Counted from the first letter of the stretch, positions 49,104-58,445 are shown. The stretch: 64,000 bases of DNA from Alphaproteobacteria bacterium (GCA_028278105.1 JANQEX010000074.1:6237-70236); one strand, 5' to 3'. Notes: generated by a model not told the origin, from the letters alone. A program made the numbers and translations.

Positions 49104-49775
49104 CTAGCTCGCCATGGCCAGGCCCATGCTGGCGGGGTTGAAGAGGGCCTGGTCGAGATAGCTGCCCACGTCGGCGGTGAGCTGGTCGGTGGCGTCGGTG
49201 AAGAAGTGGTCGGCTCCTTTCAGCACGCGGTAGTCGATCCGAATGCCGCGCTGGAAGCCCAGCTTGGTCACCAGTTTTTGCACGGAAGGCTCCGGCACGA
49301 TCTCGTCGTCTTCGCCTTGCAGGATCAGGCCGCTGGTGGGGCAGGGCGCCAGAAAGCTGAAATCCAGCATGTTCGCGGGCGGCGCGATGCTGATGAAGCT
49401 GTCGATCTCCGGGCGGCGCATGAGAAGCTGCATGCCGATCCACGCCCCGAAGCTGAATCCCGCCACCCACACGCTGCGGGCATGGGCGTTGATGCTTTGC
49501 AGCCAGTCCAGCGCGGAGGTGGCGTCGGCCAACTCGCCCTCGCCCTTGTCGTAGGAGCCCTGGCTGCGGCCCACGCCGCGGAAATTAAAGCGCAGCGTGG
49601 CGAAATCGCGCTCCATAAAGGACTGATAGACCGAAAAAACCACCTTGTTGTTCATGGTTCCGCCATGTTGCGGGCTGGGGTGGAGAATCAGCGCAATGGG
49701 GGCGGTCGGCGATTTTCCGGGGCTATAGCGGCCTTCGAGGCGCCCGGCGGGCCCATTAAACAGTACTTCCGGCAT
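49104..49775 (-). CDS. Alpha/beta hydrolase (isc-adjacent type)
   Basis: MPEVLFNGPAGRLEGRY, HGGTMNN, GFSFG nucleophile elbow, ADHFF. Confidence 0.93.
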   Translation of the reverse strand: MPEVLFNGPAGRLEGRYSPGKSPTAPIALILHPSPQHGGTMNNKVVFSVYQSFMERDFATLRFNFRGVGRSQGSYDKGEGELADATSALDWLQSINAHARSVWVAGFSFGAWIGMQLLMRRPEIDSFISIAPPANMLDFSFLAPCPTSGLILQGEDDEIVPEPSVQKLVTKLGFQRGIRIDYRVLKGADHFFTDATDQLTADVGSYLDQALFNPASMGLAMAS

Positions 49776-49964
49776 TGTTGCTCCCCTGAAACGCGCTGCT
49801 CCCAGCCACAAACGCGCAATATAATGATTCAGAGCCTTGAATTTCAAGGGTTTCGTGAATTTTCCACATTTGGAAAAATATCGTGGGAAATTATGGCATT
49901 AACTATATTTGTTGCGGATTATGAAAATAAAACTCACCGGAAAATGTGGTAGCTTTACCATCGC

Positions 49965-51080
49965 ATGAACCTGCCGGCCACCTATCTCGACTACTGCGCC
50001 TCGGCCCCCGTCAAGCCTTCCGTCGCCCGCCTGATGACGGAGATACTGGACGAGACAGGCAACGCATCCTCCGTGCATGCGTTCGGACGGGCGCGGCGCG
50101 CGCGTGTCGAGAAGGCGCGCGGCCAGATCGCGGACCACTTCTGCGTGAAGCCCGCCCAGGTGATCTTTACCAGCGGCGCGACCGAATCCAACAACACAAT
50201 ACTTAACCTGAGGCGCAGGCGCATCGTCTCGTCCATTGAGCATCCTTCCATCCTGAAAGCCGCGGGAAACGCCGCGCATATCCGCGCCCAGGAAAACGGC
50301 GTGATTGACCTGAACCATCTGGAAGATTTGCTGAAAGCCGAAAACGCGCCGGCCCTGGTTTGCCTGATGCTGGTGAATAATGAAACCGGCGTGATCCAGC
50401 CCGTGCGCCGCGCGGCGGCGCTTTGCAAGGAATACGGCGCGCTGCTGCATTGTGACGCGGTGGCGGCCGTGGGCCGTCTGGCTTTTGGCCTCGGCGATCT
50501 GGGGTGTGACAGCCTTGGCCTTTGCGCCCATAAAATCGGCGGGCCGCAGGGAGCCGGAGCGCTGATTTTGCGTGACGATCTTGAAATAACGCCGCTGTTG
50601 CGTGGCGGCGGGCAGGAAGGGCGGCGGCGCGCCGGCACGGAAAACGTGGCCGCCATCGCCGGTTTTGGCGAGGCGGTCGCGCTCTGCGAGGATGATCTGG
50701 TCCAGGCCCCGCTTTGGCGCGGCTGGCGCAAGGCGTTCGAGCGCGTCATTCTTGACGCCGCGCCCGACGCCGTGATTTTTGGCAAGGATGCCCCGCATGT
50801 GGCGTCCATCATTTCCCTTGCCATGCCGGGCGCGGCGCAGGACATGCAGATGATCGCGCTTGATCTTGAAGGATTTGCCGTCAGCGCGGGCTCCGCCTGC
50901 GGCAGCGGGAGGGTAGAGCCGTCGCATGTTCTGAAAGCGATGGGCGCGGGCCGGCTTGCGGGCAATGCCGTGCGCGTCAGTTTCGGCTGGGCCACGCGCC
51001 CGGAGGAACTGGAAGCCCTGGCCGCCGCATGGACCGGAATTTACGGCAAAAAACGCGGACAGATGGCGTGCGCCGCCTGA
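49965..51080 (+). CDS. iscS: Cysteine desulfurase (IscS/NifS family)
   Basis: FTSGATE, NNETG, AHKIGGP (PLP Lys), RAGTEN, SAGSACGSG. Confidence 0.9.
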   Translation: MNLPATYLDYCASAPVKPSVARLMTEILDETGNASSVHAFGRARRARVEKARGQIADHFCVKPAQVIFTSGATESNNTILNLRRRRIVSSIEHPSILKAAGNAAHIRAQENGVIDLNHLEDLLKAENAPALVCLMLVNNETGVIQPVRRAAALCKEYGALLHCDAVAAVGRLAFGLGDLGCDSLGLCAHKIGGPQGAGALILRDDLEITPLLRGGGQEGRRRAGTENVAAIAGFGEAVALCEDDLVQAPLWRGWRKAFERVILDAAPDAVIFGKDAPHVASIISLAMPGAAQDMQMIALDLEGFAVSAGSACGSGRVEPSHVLKAMGAGRLAGNAVRVSFGWATRPEELEALAAAWTGIYGKKRGQMACAA

Positions 51081-51096
51081 GGGGCAAGAAATCTTC

Positions 51097-51717
51097 ATGG
51101 ACAAGATTATTGAGCTGCCCTTCTCAAACGAAGGGTTCCGTTGCTGGACGTGCCATGAAAGCCTGTCGGGACAGGCGCGGTTTTGCAATCATTGCGGCTG
51201 CATCCAGCCGGTGCGGGCGCTGGATCATTTTCAGCGCCTTGGCCTTGTCCGCTCCATCGACCTCGACCGCGAGGTGCTGGAACGCAATCATGCCGCCTTG
51301 CAAAGAAATTTTGCGGCGGAGCGCTTTACCCTGCGTAGCGCAACCGAAAAGAATTACGCCGCCAGCCATCGTGAAGCGTTGCGGGAAGCCTTTGAGGCGT
51401 TGCGCGATCCCGTCCGCCGCAGCCGCTACTGGCTGGAGCTTCACGCCGGGGAAAGCCTGGCCGCGGCGCCCCAGCCGCCGCAGCTTGTCGAGTTGCGCGG
51501 CATGCTGGATGCGGCCATCGAAGCCGCGCAGCTTGACCATCTTGCCTGCCGCGCGGGGCAGGAGGTGGAGCGGGGCATCCTTCGCCTGCTGGACCGCTTG
51601 CGCCAGAAAGACTGGCAAGGCGCCAACGAAATTCTTGGCGCGCTGGACGGTTTCGAAAACCTGCTCGCCGAAACGCGCCTGCGCCGCGCGGCGCTCACCC
51701 CGCTTTCGGGAAAGTAG
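51097..51717 (+). CDS. hscB: HscB-like co-chaperone with degenerate J-domain
   Basis: CWTC...FCNHC metal finger, DHF..LGL, LRDPVRRSRYWL; the HPD position reads AAE. Confidence 0.7.
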   Translation: MDKIIELPFSNEGFRCWTCHESLSGQARFCNHCGCIQPVRALDHFQRLGLVRSIDLDREVLERNHAALQRNFAAERFTLRSATEKNYAASHREALREAFEALRDPVRRSRYWLELHAGESLAAAPQPPQLVELRGMLDAAIEAAQLDHLACRAGQEVERGILRLLDRLRQKDWQGANEILGALDGFENLLAETRLRRAALTPLSGK

Positions 51718-51720
51718 CCC

Positions 51721-52461
51721 GTGTATTTCTCGAACCCCGCGCTCGCCGGCTATCTGGCGGAGTCCGGCGTCATCGTTTTTGACATGAACGGGCTTATTGT
51801 GGATGACGAGCCGGTTCAGTTGCAAGCCACCAACGCCGCGTTGCGCAAGGAAGGATACGATACGCAATTATCCGAACGGCAATGGGTCGACTGGTGCGTG
51901 GGACGAAAACCCAGGGAATGGCTGCCCCTTGTCTTGCAGCACGCGGCGCCTGACGAAGAAGCCATCCTGCGCATCATGGGCAGCAAGGACGCCATTTACG
52001 CGGAAATGATCGGATTTGAGGCCCGCGGCATTGTGCGCGCAGGATTTTATGAGTTAATTGAGAGCATCAAGAAACAATCCGGCAAGAAGCTGGCCGTCGC
52101 AACGTCTACGACACGCGGCGGAATGGAGATCATTCTGGGCGAGAGAAATCTCAACGTGCTTCATTTGTTTGACTATGCCGTTTGCGGAGATCAGGTTGCG
52201 CAAGCAAAGCCGGACCCCGAAATCTATCTGAAGGTCAAGGCGCATTTTGGGGAAAATTTGCGCTATCTGGTTTTTGAGGACTCCTCGCCGGGAATCATCT
52301 CGGCGGCAGGCGCGGGCATGACATGCATCGCGGTGCCCAACCGGTTCACCATTTTTCAGGACTTGTCCATGGCCGCGGCGGTTATTGACAACATGTTGCC
52401 CTTTGCGCGCCCTGTTTTGGAACCATCATGCTCCACGGAACCAAAAAAATGCGCAACATGA
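51721..52461 (+). CDS. HAD-family phosphatase
   Basis: FDMNG motif I, VATS, KPDPEIY, FEDS..GI..A..AGM. Confidence 0.88.
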   Translation: MYFSNPALAGYLAESGVIVFDMNGLIVDDEPVQLQATNAALRKEGYDTQLSERQWVDWCVGRKPREWLPLVLQHAAPDEEAILRIMGSKDAIYAEMIGFEARGIVRAGFYELIESIKKQSGKKLAVATSTTRGGMEIILGERNLNVLHLFDYAVCGDQVAQAKPDPEIYLKVKAHFGENLRYLVFEDSSPGIISAAGAGMTCIAVPNRFTIFQDLSMAAAVIDNMLPFARPVLEPSCSTEPKKCAT

Positions 52462-52561
52462 TGCTTGTGCGCCTGCACGAATACAAAGCCGGGCTTTTTT
52501 GTTGTTAATAAGGTCTGGAACTGCCCGGCACGATCACACGCGGGCTTGGCGGCGATGCAGA

Positions 52562-53203
52562 TTACCGTACATCTGTTGCGATGCGCATCTGAACGATATG
52601 ATCGGGCTTGTCCACCATGCCGTTATTGGCGCGGGGACCCTTTTTCAGCCTGTCGATGGACTCGATGCCGTGGATCACGTGGCCGAAAACGGTGTATTGA
52701 CCATCAAGGAATGCCGCATCGCCGGTGCAGATGAAGAACTGGCTATCGGCGCTGTCGGGGTCGGCGGCGCGGGCCATGCTGACCGTGCCGCGCACATGAC
52801 GCTCGCGCGAGAATTCGGCCGGAAGCTTTTTGCCCGATCCGCCCGTGCCGTCACCCTTGGGGTCGCCGGTTTGCGCCATGAAGCCGTCCAGCACGCGGTG
52901 AAATTTCAGGCCGTCATAGAAATTCCTGCGCGTCAACTCCTTGATGCGCGCCACGGTTTTCGGCGCAAGATCAGGGCGCAGTTCAATCACCACGCGGCCG
53001 TATTCGGTGTCGAGAAACAGGGTGTTCCCCGGATCGCGGATGGCGACAGGAGCGGGGGCGGATGGCTGGGCGGCGGGCGGCGTTGGGGTCACGGGCTGTT
53101 GTCCTTTCCGGGGTGTGTCGACGGTGACGGCTTGTGCGGAAAGCGAAACGGGTGCGGCAACCGCAAGAACCAAGGCAAGAAACAGGAGGGAGAGGCGGAA
53201 CAT
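52562..53203 (-). CDS. Periplasmic cyclophilin-type peptidyl-prolyl isomerase
   Basis: Signal peptide; FHRVLDGFMAQTGDP, SMAR, SQFFI, LDGQYTVFG. Confidence 0.95.
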   Translation of the reverse strand: MFRLSLLFLALVLAVAAPVSLSAQAVTVDTPRKGQQPVTPTPPAAQPSAPAPVAIRDPGNTLFLDTEYGRVVIELRPDLAPKTVARIKELTRRNFYDGLKFHRVLDGFMAQTGDPKGDGTGGSGKKLPAEFSRERHVRGTVSMARAADPDSADSQFFICTGDAAFLDGQYTVFGHVIHGIESIDRLKKGPRANNGMVDKPDHIVQMRIATDVR

Positions 53204-53257
53204 GGGAAGACCTCAAGGCGGAAAGAAAGAGCCGGAATTATAGAATAAAGACTCCGG

Positions 53258-53761
53258 TTAGAGCATCATCTGCAAGGCGCGCGATTCGGCCTTCATGCGA
53301 AAACGCACCCACAATGCCGCAAGCCCGGTGAAAAAACAACCGGCCCCCCATTGCTGGAAAGCCAGCGACAAAACCATGATTTCCAGCATCAGCACCAGAT
53401 AGATGGGATGCCGCAAAAAGCGGTAGGGGCCGGTCGTGACCTTGAAGGCCAGCGGCACCGCGATAACGCGCGCCGTCCAGTGGCGGCCCAGATGATAGAT
53501 CGCCCACCAGCGCAAGCCTTGCAGCAGGGCGAAACCGGCCAGCATCGGCGCGTTCGGCTCCGCATGCGCGGGCGTGAGGAAAGCCAGCGCGCCAAGCCAC
53601 AGGGCGTAGACGGCAAAGATGGGCAGGCGCTGGCGCGGCGCGAATTCCCGCCCGCCTTCATCCAGCATCTTGCGCGCGTTCAACTCGCCCAGCATCACCT
53701 CCACCACGCGGGCCATGGAAACCAGCAACAGGATGGCAATGAGGGAGGAGTTGAAGATCAT
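53258..53761 (-). CDS. Isoprenylcysteine carboxyl methyltransferase (ICMT) family membrane protein
   Basis: LG.HWT.RVI, GPYRFLRHPIY, R...E..AL. Confidence 0.85.
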   Translation of the reverse strand: MIFNSSLIAILLLVSMARVVEVMLGELNARKMLDEGGREFAPRQRLPIFAVYALWLGALAFLTPAHAEPNAPMLAGFALLQGLRWWAIYHLGRHWTARVIAVPLAFKVTTGPYRFLRHPIYLVLMLEIMVLSLAFQQWGAGCFFTGLAALWVRFRMKAESRALQMML

Positions 53762-53797
53762 GAGTGAGGCGAAGAGACAAAGACAGAGACGTCCAAG

Positions 53798-53825
53798 GCA
53801 AACATATACCCATCCGGCGTCCCCG
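53798..53825 (+). repeat. 28-bp direct repeat, copy 1 (copy 2 at 54802-54829)
   Basis: GCAAACATATACCCATC(C/A)GGCGTCCCCG, 27/28 identical. Confidence 0.85.
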
Positions 53826-53941
53826 TCCCCGCTTTTCCGCCTCCGCAAGCGTCAACCTCGGCGGAGCCGGGCGCGGGGATAAACTCCAGCGGGGGCGGGC
53901 ATGACGGATTGCTTTTTGGCGTGTGTCCGGTCATAAGTACG

Positions 53942-54105
53942 CTAGGGTCTGAACTCAATTAGAAATGAATCAAACCAAACAGATAACTGCTCATTCCGGC
54001 TTCATGCTGGACCCCGGCTGGAGCCTGTCCCCGCGAAAGCGGAGGCCGGGGTGAGAAGTTGTTTTTTTCGAATAAAAAACCTGCTTAATTGAGTCCAGAT
54101 CCTAG
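53942..54105. mobile_element. MITE family 1, complete copy with CTAG at both ends
   Basis: CTAGGGTCTGAACTCAATTA ... TAATTGAGTCCAGATCCTAG. Confidence 0.8.
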
Positions 54106-54163
54106 TATAATGTACTATGATAAATATTTATAGTACATTGATGTGAAACATAAATAATGGTAG

Positions 54164-54192
54164 TTGATACGAACCGCGTATCATGCTAAAGT
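54164..54192 (+). promoter_or_regulatory. higBA promoter with overlapping operator
   Basis: TTGATA-N17-TAAAGT; palindrome TGATACG-N5-CGTATCA at 54165-54183. Confidence 0.6.
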
Positions 54193-54203
54193 GAGTCAAC
54201 GGA

Positions 54204-54485
54204 ATGATCCTGTCGTTCAGATGCGGCGAAACAGAGGGTATCTGGCAGGGGCGGGCTTCGCGCAGGTTTCCGCGCGCGATTCAAAACAGGGCCTTGCGGA
54301 AACTCCGCCAGCTTGACGCCGCCCGGACACTTGATGACTTGCGTGTGCCCCCCGGCAATAATCTTGAAATGCTCAAGGGTGACCGCAAGGGACAAATGAG
54401 CATCAGGATCAACGGCCAATGGCGCATCTGTTTTGAATGGCAGAAGGGCGATTCATCGGGAGTCGAGATTGTGGACTATCATTAG
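54204..54485 (+). CDS. higB: HigB (RelE-family) toxin
   Basis: MILSFR..ETE, DLRVPPGNNLE.LKGDRKGQ.SIRIN.QWRICF, EIVDYH. Confidence 0.95.
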   Translation: MILSFRCGETEGIWQGRASRRFPRAIQNRALRKLRQLDAARTLDDLRVPPGNNLEMLKGDRKGQMSIRINGQWRICFEWQKGDSSGVEIVDYH

Positions 54486-54503
54486 AAGAATGATGAGGCT
54501 GTC

Positions 54504-54857
54504 ATGACAGGCTTGACCAACCCACACCCCGGAATCATTCTCAAGGAAGAGTTCTTGAAGGAAATCGGCATGAGCCAGAACCGGCTGGCCGACGCCATCC
54601 GGGTGCCGCGCAACCGCGTCCACGCCATCCTTAAGGGCACGCGCGGCATCACGGCGGACACCGATTTGCGTTTATGCAAATTCTTCGGCCTGTCCGACGG
54701 TTATTTTTTGCGGCTGCAAAACGCTTTTGATACCATGGAAGCCCGGCGCAAAATTGCAAGGCAGGTAGCCCGGATCAAACCCTATCAGGAAGCAGCCAGC
54801 AGCAAACATATACCCATCAGGCGTCCCCGCGAAAGCGGGGACCAAGTTGTATTGTAA
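54504..54857 (+). CDS. higA: HigA antitoxin; C-terminus runs into repeat
   Basis: HPG.ILKEEFL, ITADTDLRL..FFG; directly after higB. Confidence 0.95.
   Translation: MTGLTNPHPGIILKEEFLKEIGMSQNRLADAIRVPRNRVHAILKGTRGITADTDLRLCKFFGLSDGYFLRLQNAFDTMEARRKIARQVARIKPYQEAASSKHIPIRRPRESGDQVVL
54818..54843 (+). repeat. CGTC-tagged REP, left arm of a 26-bp inverted pair
   Basis: CAGGCGTCCCCGCGAAAGCGGGGACC. Confidence 0.9.
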
Positions 54858-54874
54858 TATCCAATAAGCAAAGC

Positions 54875-55165
54875 TCAGATGATATAGTCTGATAAATCGT
54901 TCCATGGCGGGTTCATTTTTTCGATGAGTTGTTTCTTCCAGTTGCGCCGCCACTTTTTTATGCGCCGTTCGCGCGGGAATGCTTCATCATGCGTTGAGCA
55001 GGATTCATAATACACAAGCATTGTTAGCCCGTGTTCCTTTGAAAAACCTTCAATTAACCCGTTTTTATGCTCGAACATGCGGCGCAGGAGGTTTTCCGTC
55101 ATTCCAGTATACAGAGTGCCGTATGGTTTATTGGTAATGATGTAGACGAAAAATCTTTTTTCCAT
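54875..55165 (-). CDS. Stand-alone GIY-YIG nuclease (96 aa)
   Basis: FVYI.....YGTLYTG.T..L.RR..EH, LVYYE, RE..IK.W.R.WK..LIE..NP.W.DL. Confidence 0.93.
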   Translation of the reverse strand: MEKRFFVYIITNKPYGTLYTGMTENLLRRMFEHKNGLIEGFSKEHGLTMLVYYESCSTHDEAFPRERRIKKWRRNWKKQLIEKMNPPWNDLSDYII

Positions 55166-55189
55166 CTTGAATCCATTTCAAACAAACTG

Positions 55190-55215
55190 GGTCCCCGCTT
55201 TCGCGGGGACGCCTG
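55190..55215 (-). repeat. CGTC-tagged REP, right arm of the 26-bp inverted pair
   Basis: GGTCCCCGCTTTCGCGGGGACGCCTG, exact reverse complement of 54818-54843. Confidence 0.9.
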
Positions 55216-55271
55216 TTTTCTTCTCAGGTTCGATTGTTCATTACCATGCTGCCGCTATATCTCATTTCTTC

Positions 55272-57362
55272 TCACCCCGCCCGCAGGGTCTTGATGGCGG
55301 CGTCGCAACGGAAAAGATAGAGCAGGTGGCGCAGCGTCTGCCCGCGCGCGCTCTTTAAATCGGGATCGCGGGAAAGGATCAGCCTGGCGTCATCGCGCGC
55401 GGCCAGAAGCAAATCCTGATGCGCGGCAAAATCGGCCAGACGGAATTCGGGCATGCCGCTCTGGCGCGCGCCCAGCACTTCGCCGGGGCCGCGCAGGCGG
55501 AGGTCTTCCTCGGCGATGCGGAAGCCGTCATTCGTCTCGCGCATGGTTTTCAGGCGGGCCCTGGCGGTTTCGCCGAGAGGCTGCGCGTAGAGCAAAAGGC
55601 AGGAGGAGGGCGCATCGCCCCGCCCCACGCGCCCGCGCAACTGGTGAAGCTGGGCAAGGCCGAAGCGCTCGGCATGCTCGATCACCATCAAGGTGGCCGA
55701 CGGCACGTCGACGCCCACTTCCACCACGGTGGTGGCCACAAGCACGGCCGCGCCGCCTTCCGCGAAATCGCGCATCGCCGCGTCGCGCGCGGCCGGCTTC
55801 ATGCGCCCATGCATCAGGCGCGCCTTGTCCGGGCCCAGAAGCCTTTGCAGTTCTTCAAGACGGCGGGACGCTGCGGCAAGATCGCTGACTTCGGATTCAT
55901 CAATCAGCGGGCAGACCCAATAAGCCTTCCCGCCGCCGGCTGTTTTCCGTTTCAGGGCTTCGGCGACTTCCGGCAGGCGTTCCAGCGGAATCGCGCGGGT
56001 GTCGATGGGCGTGCGCCCCGTCGGCTTCTCGTCCAGGCGCGAGATGTCCATGTCGCCGTAATAGGTCAGCGCCAGCGTGCGCGGAATGGGCGTGGCGGTC
56101 AGCACCAGCAAATCGGGCAGGCGGCCCTTGGAGGAAAGCGCCAGGCGCTGATGCACGCCGAAGCGGTGCTGCTCGTCCACCACCGCGAGGGCAAGGCCGG
56201 CGAAGTCCACGTCTTCCTGAAAAAGCGCGTGCGTGCCGATAACGAGCCTCGCGCCGCCGCTTGCGATTTTTTCCAGCGCGCCGCGTTTTTCCGCCGTGTT
56301 CAGCCGTCCGGTGAGAAGGACCGTTTCCACCGGCATGCCGCCCAGATAATTCTTGATCGAAGCCGCGTGCTGCTGCGCCAGCAAATCGGTCGGGGCCATC
56401 AGGGCGGCCTGCGATCCCGCCTCGACCGCCTGCAACATGGCCATCAGCGCCACCAGCGTCTTGCCGCTGCCGACATCGCCTTGCAAAAGGCGTGTCATGC
56501 GGTTGGGGGATTCCATGTCGGCGGCGATTTCGCCGAAAACACGGCTCTGCGCGGCCGTCGGCGCGAAGGGCAGGGCGGAAAGCAACTCACCGCGCAGCCT
56601 GTTGTCGCCCTTCAGCGGATGCCCGCGAAGATGGCGCTGCTTCTCGCGCACCAGGGCAAGGGCAAGCTGGCCTGATAACAACTCGTCGTAGGCCAGGCGC
56701 TGGCGGGCGGGGGAAGCCGCCAGGCAGTCCGCCTCGCTTTCCGGCGCATGGAGCTTTTGCACCGCTTCTTTCCAAGAGGGCCAGTTGTTTTTTTGCTGAA
56801 AGGCGGGTTCGATCCATTCGGGAAGTTCGGGCAATTTTTGCAGGGCAAGGCGCAGCGCCTTCAAAAGCGGCCTCGCGGGCAGGCCGGTGGCAAGCGGATA
56901 AACCGCCTCGCGCAGCGGAATGTCGCCCGCGCGCTCCGGTGGCAGGACGTAATCGGGATGCGTGATCTGCTTCTTGCCCTGAAATTCATCCAGCATGCCG
57001 GCGACCGCCAGATTTTTGCCGGCTTCAAAGGTGCGTTGCAGGTAATCGCCTTTTGCATGGAAATAAACGAGGTCAAGAAAACCGCTGTCGTTGCCGGCCC
57101 GCACGCGCGAAGGCCGCCCATGCCCGCCCGGAAAAATTCCCTGCACCTCCACCTCCAGCAGCACGGCGGAGCCGGGAGGCGTTTTGGTGATGGGAGGATA
57201 TTTGAGGCGGGCGATGACGCGATAGGGCTTGTGGAACAGCAGATCCACGACGTCCTCGCCCGCCAGTTTGGCGATTGCGCCCGCGAATTTCGGGCCGATG
57301 CCCTTCAGGCCGCGCACCGGGGCGAAAAGCGGATTTAACAGGGTGGGGCGAAGGTTGGTCAT
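55272..57362 (-). CDS. recG: ATP-dependent DNA helicase RecG
   Basis: LQGDVGSGKT, DEQHRFG, TATPIPRT, QLHQLRGRVGRG. Confidence 0.97.
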   Translation of the reverse strand: MTNLRPTLLNPLFAPVRGLKGIGPKFAGAIAKLAGEDVVDLLFHKPYRVIARLKYPPITKTPPGSAVLLEVEVQGIFPGGHGRPSRVRAGNDSGFLDLVYFHAKGDYLQRTFEAGKNLAVAGMLDEFQGKKQITHPDYVLPPERAGDIPLREAVYPLATGLPARPLLKALRLALQKLPELPEWIEPAFQQKNNWPSWKEAVQKLHAPESEADCLAASPARQRLAYDELLSGQLALALVREKQRHLRGHPLKGDNRLRGELLSALPFAPTAAQSRVFGEIAADMESPNRMTRLLQGDVGSGKTLVALMAMLQAVEAGSQAALMAPTDLLAQQHAASIKNYLGGMPVETVLLTGRLNTAEKRGALEKIASGGARLVIGTHALFQEDVDFAGLALAVVDEQHRFGVHQRLALSSKGRLPDLLVLTATPIPRTLALTYYGDMDISRLDEKPTGRTPIDTRAIPLERLPEVAEALKRKTAGGGKAYWVCPLIDESEVSDLAAASRRLEELQRLLGPDKARLMHGRMKPAARDAAMRDFAEGGAAVLVATTVVEVGVDVPSATLMVIEHAERFGLAQLHQLRGRVGRGDAPSSCLLLYAQPLGETARARLKTMRETNDGFRIAEEDLRLRGPGEVLGARQSGMPEFRLADFAAHQDLLLAARDDARLILSRDPDLKSARGQTLRHLLYLFRCDAAIKTLRAG

Positions 57363-57492
57363 GTCCTATAGGTCGATTGACGTTTGAACCAATGACAATG
57401 AGCGCACATTTCCGCGGCCTGGCTGCGCGAAAGCTGCGCCGGATCTCTTTGCAAGCGCATCCTTCGGGCGCTTGCCCGGAATGTTCGTATCA

Positions 57493-58137
57493 TTATTTCA
57501 AGGCAATCACCAGTTCCCGCGGCGTACGGGCAAGATGATCGGGCCTGAACGCGGCAAGGTAGTCTTCATCGCGCATGCCCCAGCAGACGGCGACGCTTTT
57601 TACGCCTGCCGCACGGGCGGCAAGGATGTCGGACTCGCTGTCGCCCACCATGACGGCGTCTTGCGCAAGCGCGTCCGCTTCTTTCAGCGCGTGGTGGATA
57701 AGGTCGGGCTTCGGCTTGTGACGCAGGCTGCCTTTCGTCACCAGATCGCCATGGGCGATGAAAGAAAACGCGCCATCCATGCCGTGATGCCGGAGAAAAA
57801 GCTCAAGCGCCTCCAAGGGGCGGTTGGTGGCGATGGCGTGTTTGGCATTGCACCGCCGGGTATCGTCCAGCAGGGGCCTAACCCAGTCAAATAACGCAAG
57901 CTGATTTCGTTTGGCCAGGCTGTAATACTCGTCGACTGTTTCATAACGTATTTCCAACTGCGCCTCGCGCGAAAGTCCCCAGCCATAATCGAAAAGCTCA
58001 TGGTGGCCGAAATTCAGCTTCAACACTTTTTCATCCGCCGGAGGCAAGCCGCGCCTTTGCGTCACGCGCGCGCAGGCCTGCCGGTAAACCGGCCAGCTAT
58101 CGGCGATTGTGCCGTCAACGTCCCATATGATAAGCAT
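57493..58137 (-). CDS. HAD-family hydrolase (Gph-like)
   Basis: WDVDGT, ATN, KPKPD, MVGDSESD. Confidence 0.9.
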   Translation of the reverse strand: MLIIWDVDGTIADSWPVYRQACARVTQRRGLPPADEKVLKLNFGHHELFDYGWGLSREAQLEIRYETVDEYYSLAKRNQLALFDWVRPLLDDTRRCNAKHAIATNRPLEALELFLRHHGMDGAFSFIAHGDLVTKGSLRHKPKPDLIHHALKEADALAQDAVMVGDSESDILAARAAGVKSVAVCWGMRDEDYLAAFRPDHLARTPRELVIALK

Positions 58138-58157
58138 ACGCCCTCGCGGAAAGATGA

Positions 58158-58445
58158 ATGATGCAAAATAACCTGTCCGGCTTGCGCAAAAAACTGGTTT
58201 TTCGCTCCTGGCATCGCGGCACGCGCGAGATGGACCTGCTGCTGGGCCGCTTTGCCGAGGCCTGCCTGCCCGGTTTCGGCATGGAAGAGTTGCGCCTTTA
58301 CGAGGATTTGCTGCTGGAAAGCGACCCCGATCTTTATGGCTGGATCAGCGGCGCCTCCGCCTTGCCCGCCGGAAAGCGCAATGCCGTGACGGAGAAGCTG
58401 TTGGGGTATTTTGAAAAAAGTGGTTTGAAGGAACAGGCTTCATGA
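58158..58445 (+). CDS. sdhE: Succinate dehydrogenase flavinylation factor
   Basis: FRSWHRGTREMDL motif, upstream of mfd. Confidence 0.92.
   Translation: MMQNNLSGLRKKLVFRSWHRGTREMDLLLGRFAEACLPGFGMEELRLYEDLLLESDPDLYGWISGASALPAGKRNAVTEKLLGYFEKSGLKEQAS

Noticed and set aside
51721..52461. HAD motif I reading DxN instead of DxD as a sign of inactivity
   Set aside because: The nucleophilic Asp and other motifs are intact, and DxN variants occur in HAD subfamilies.
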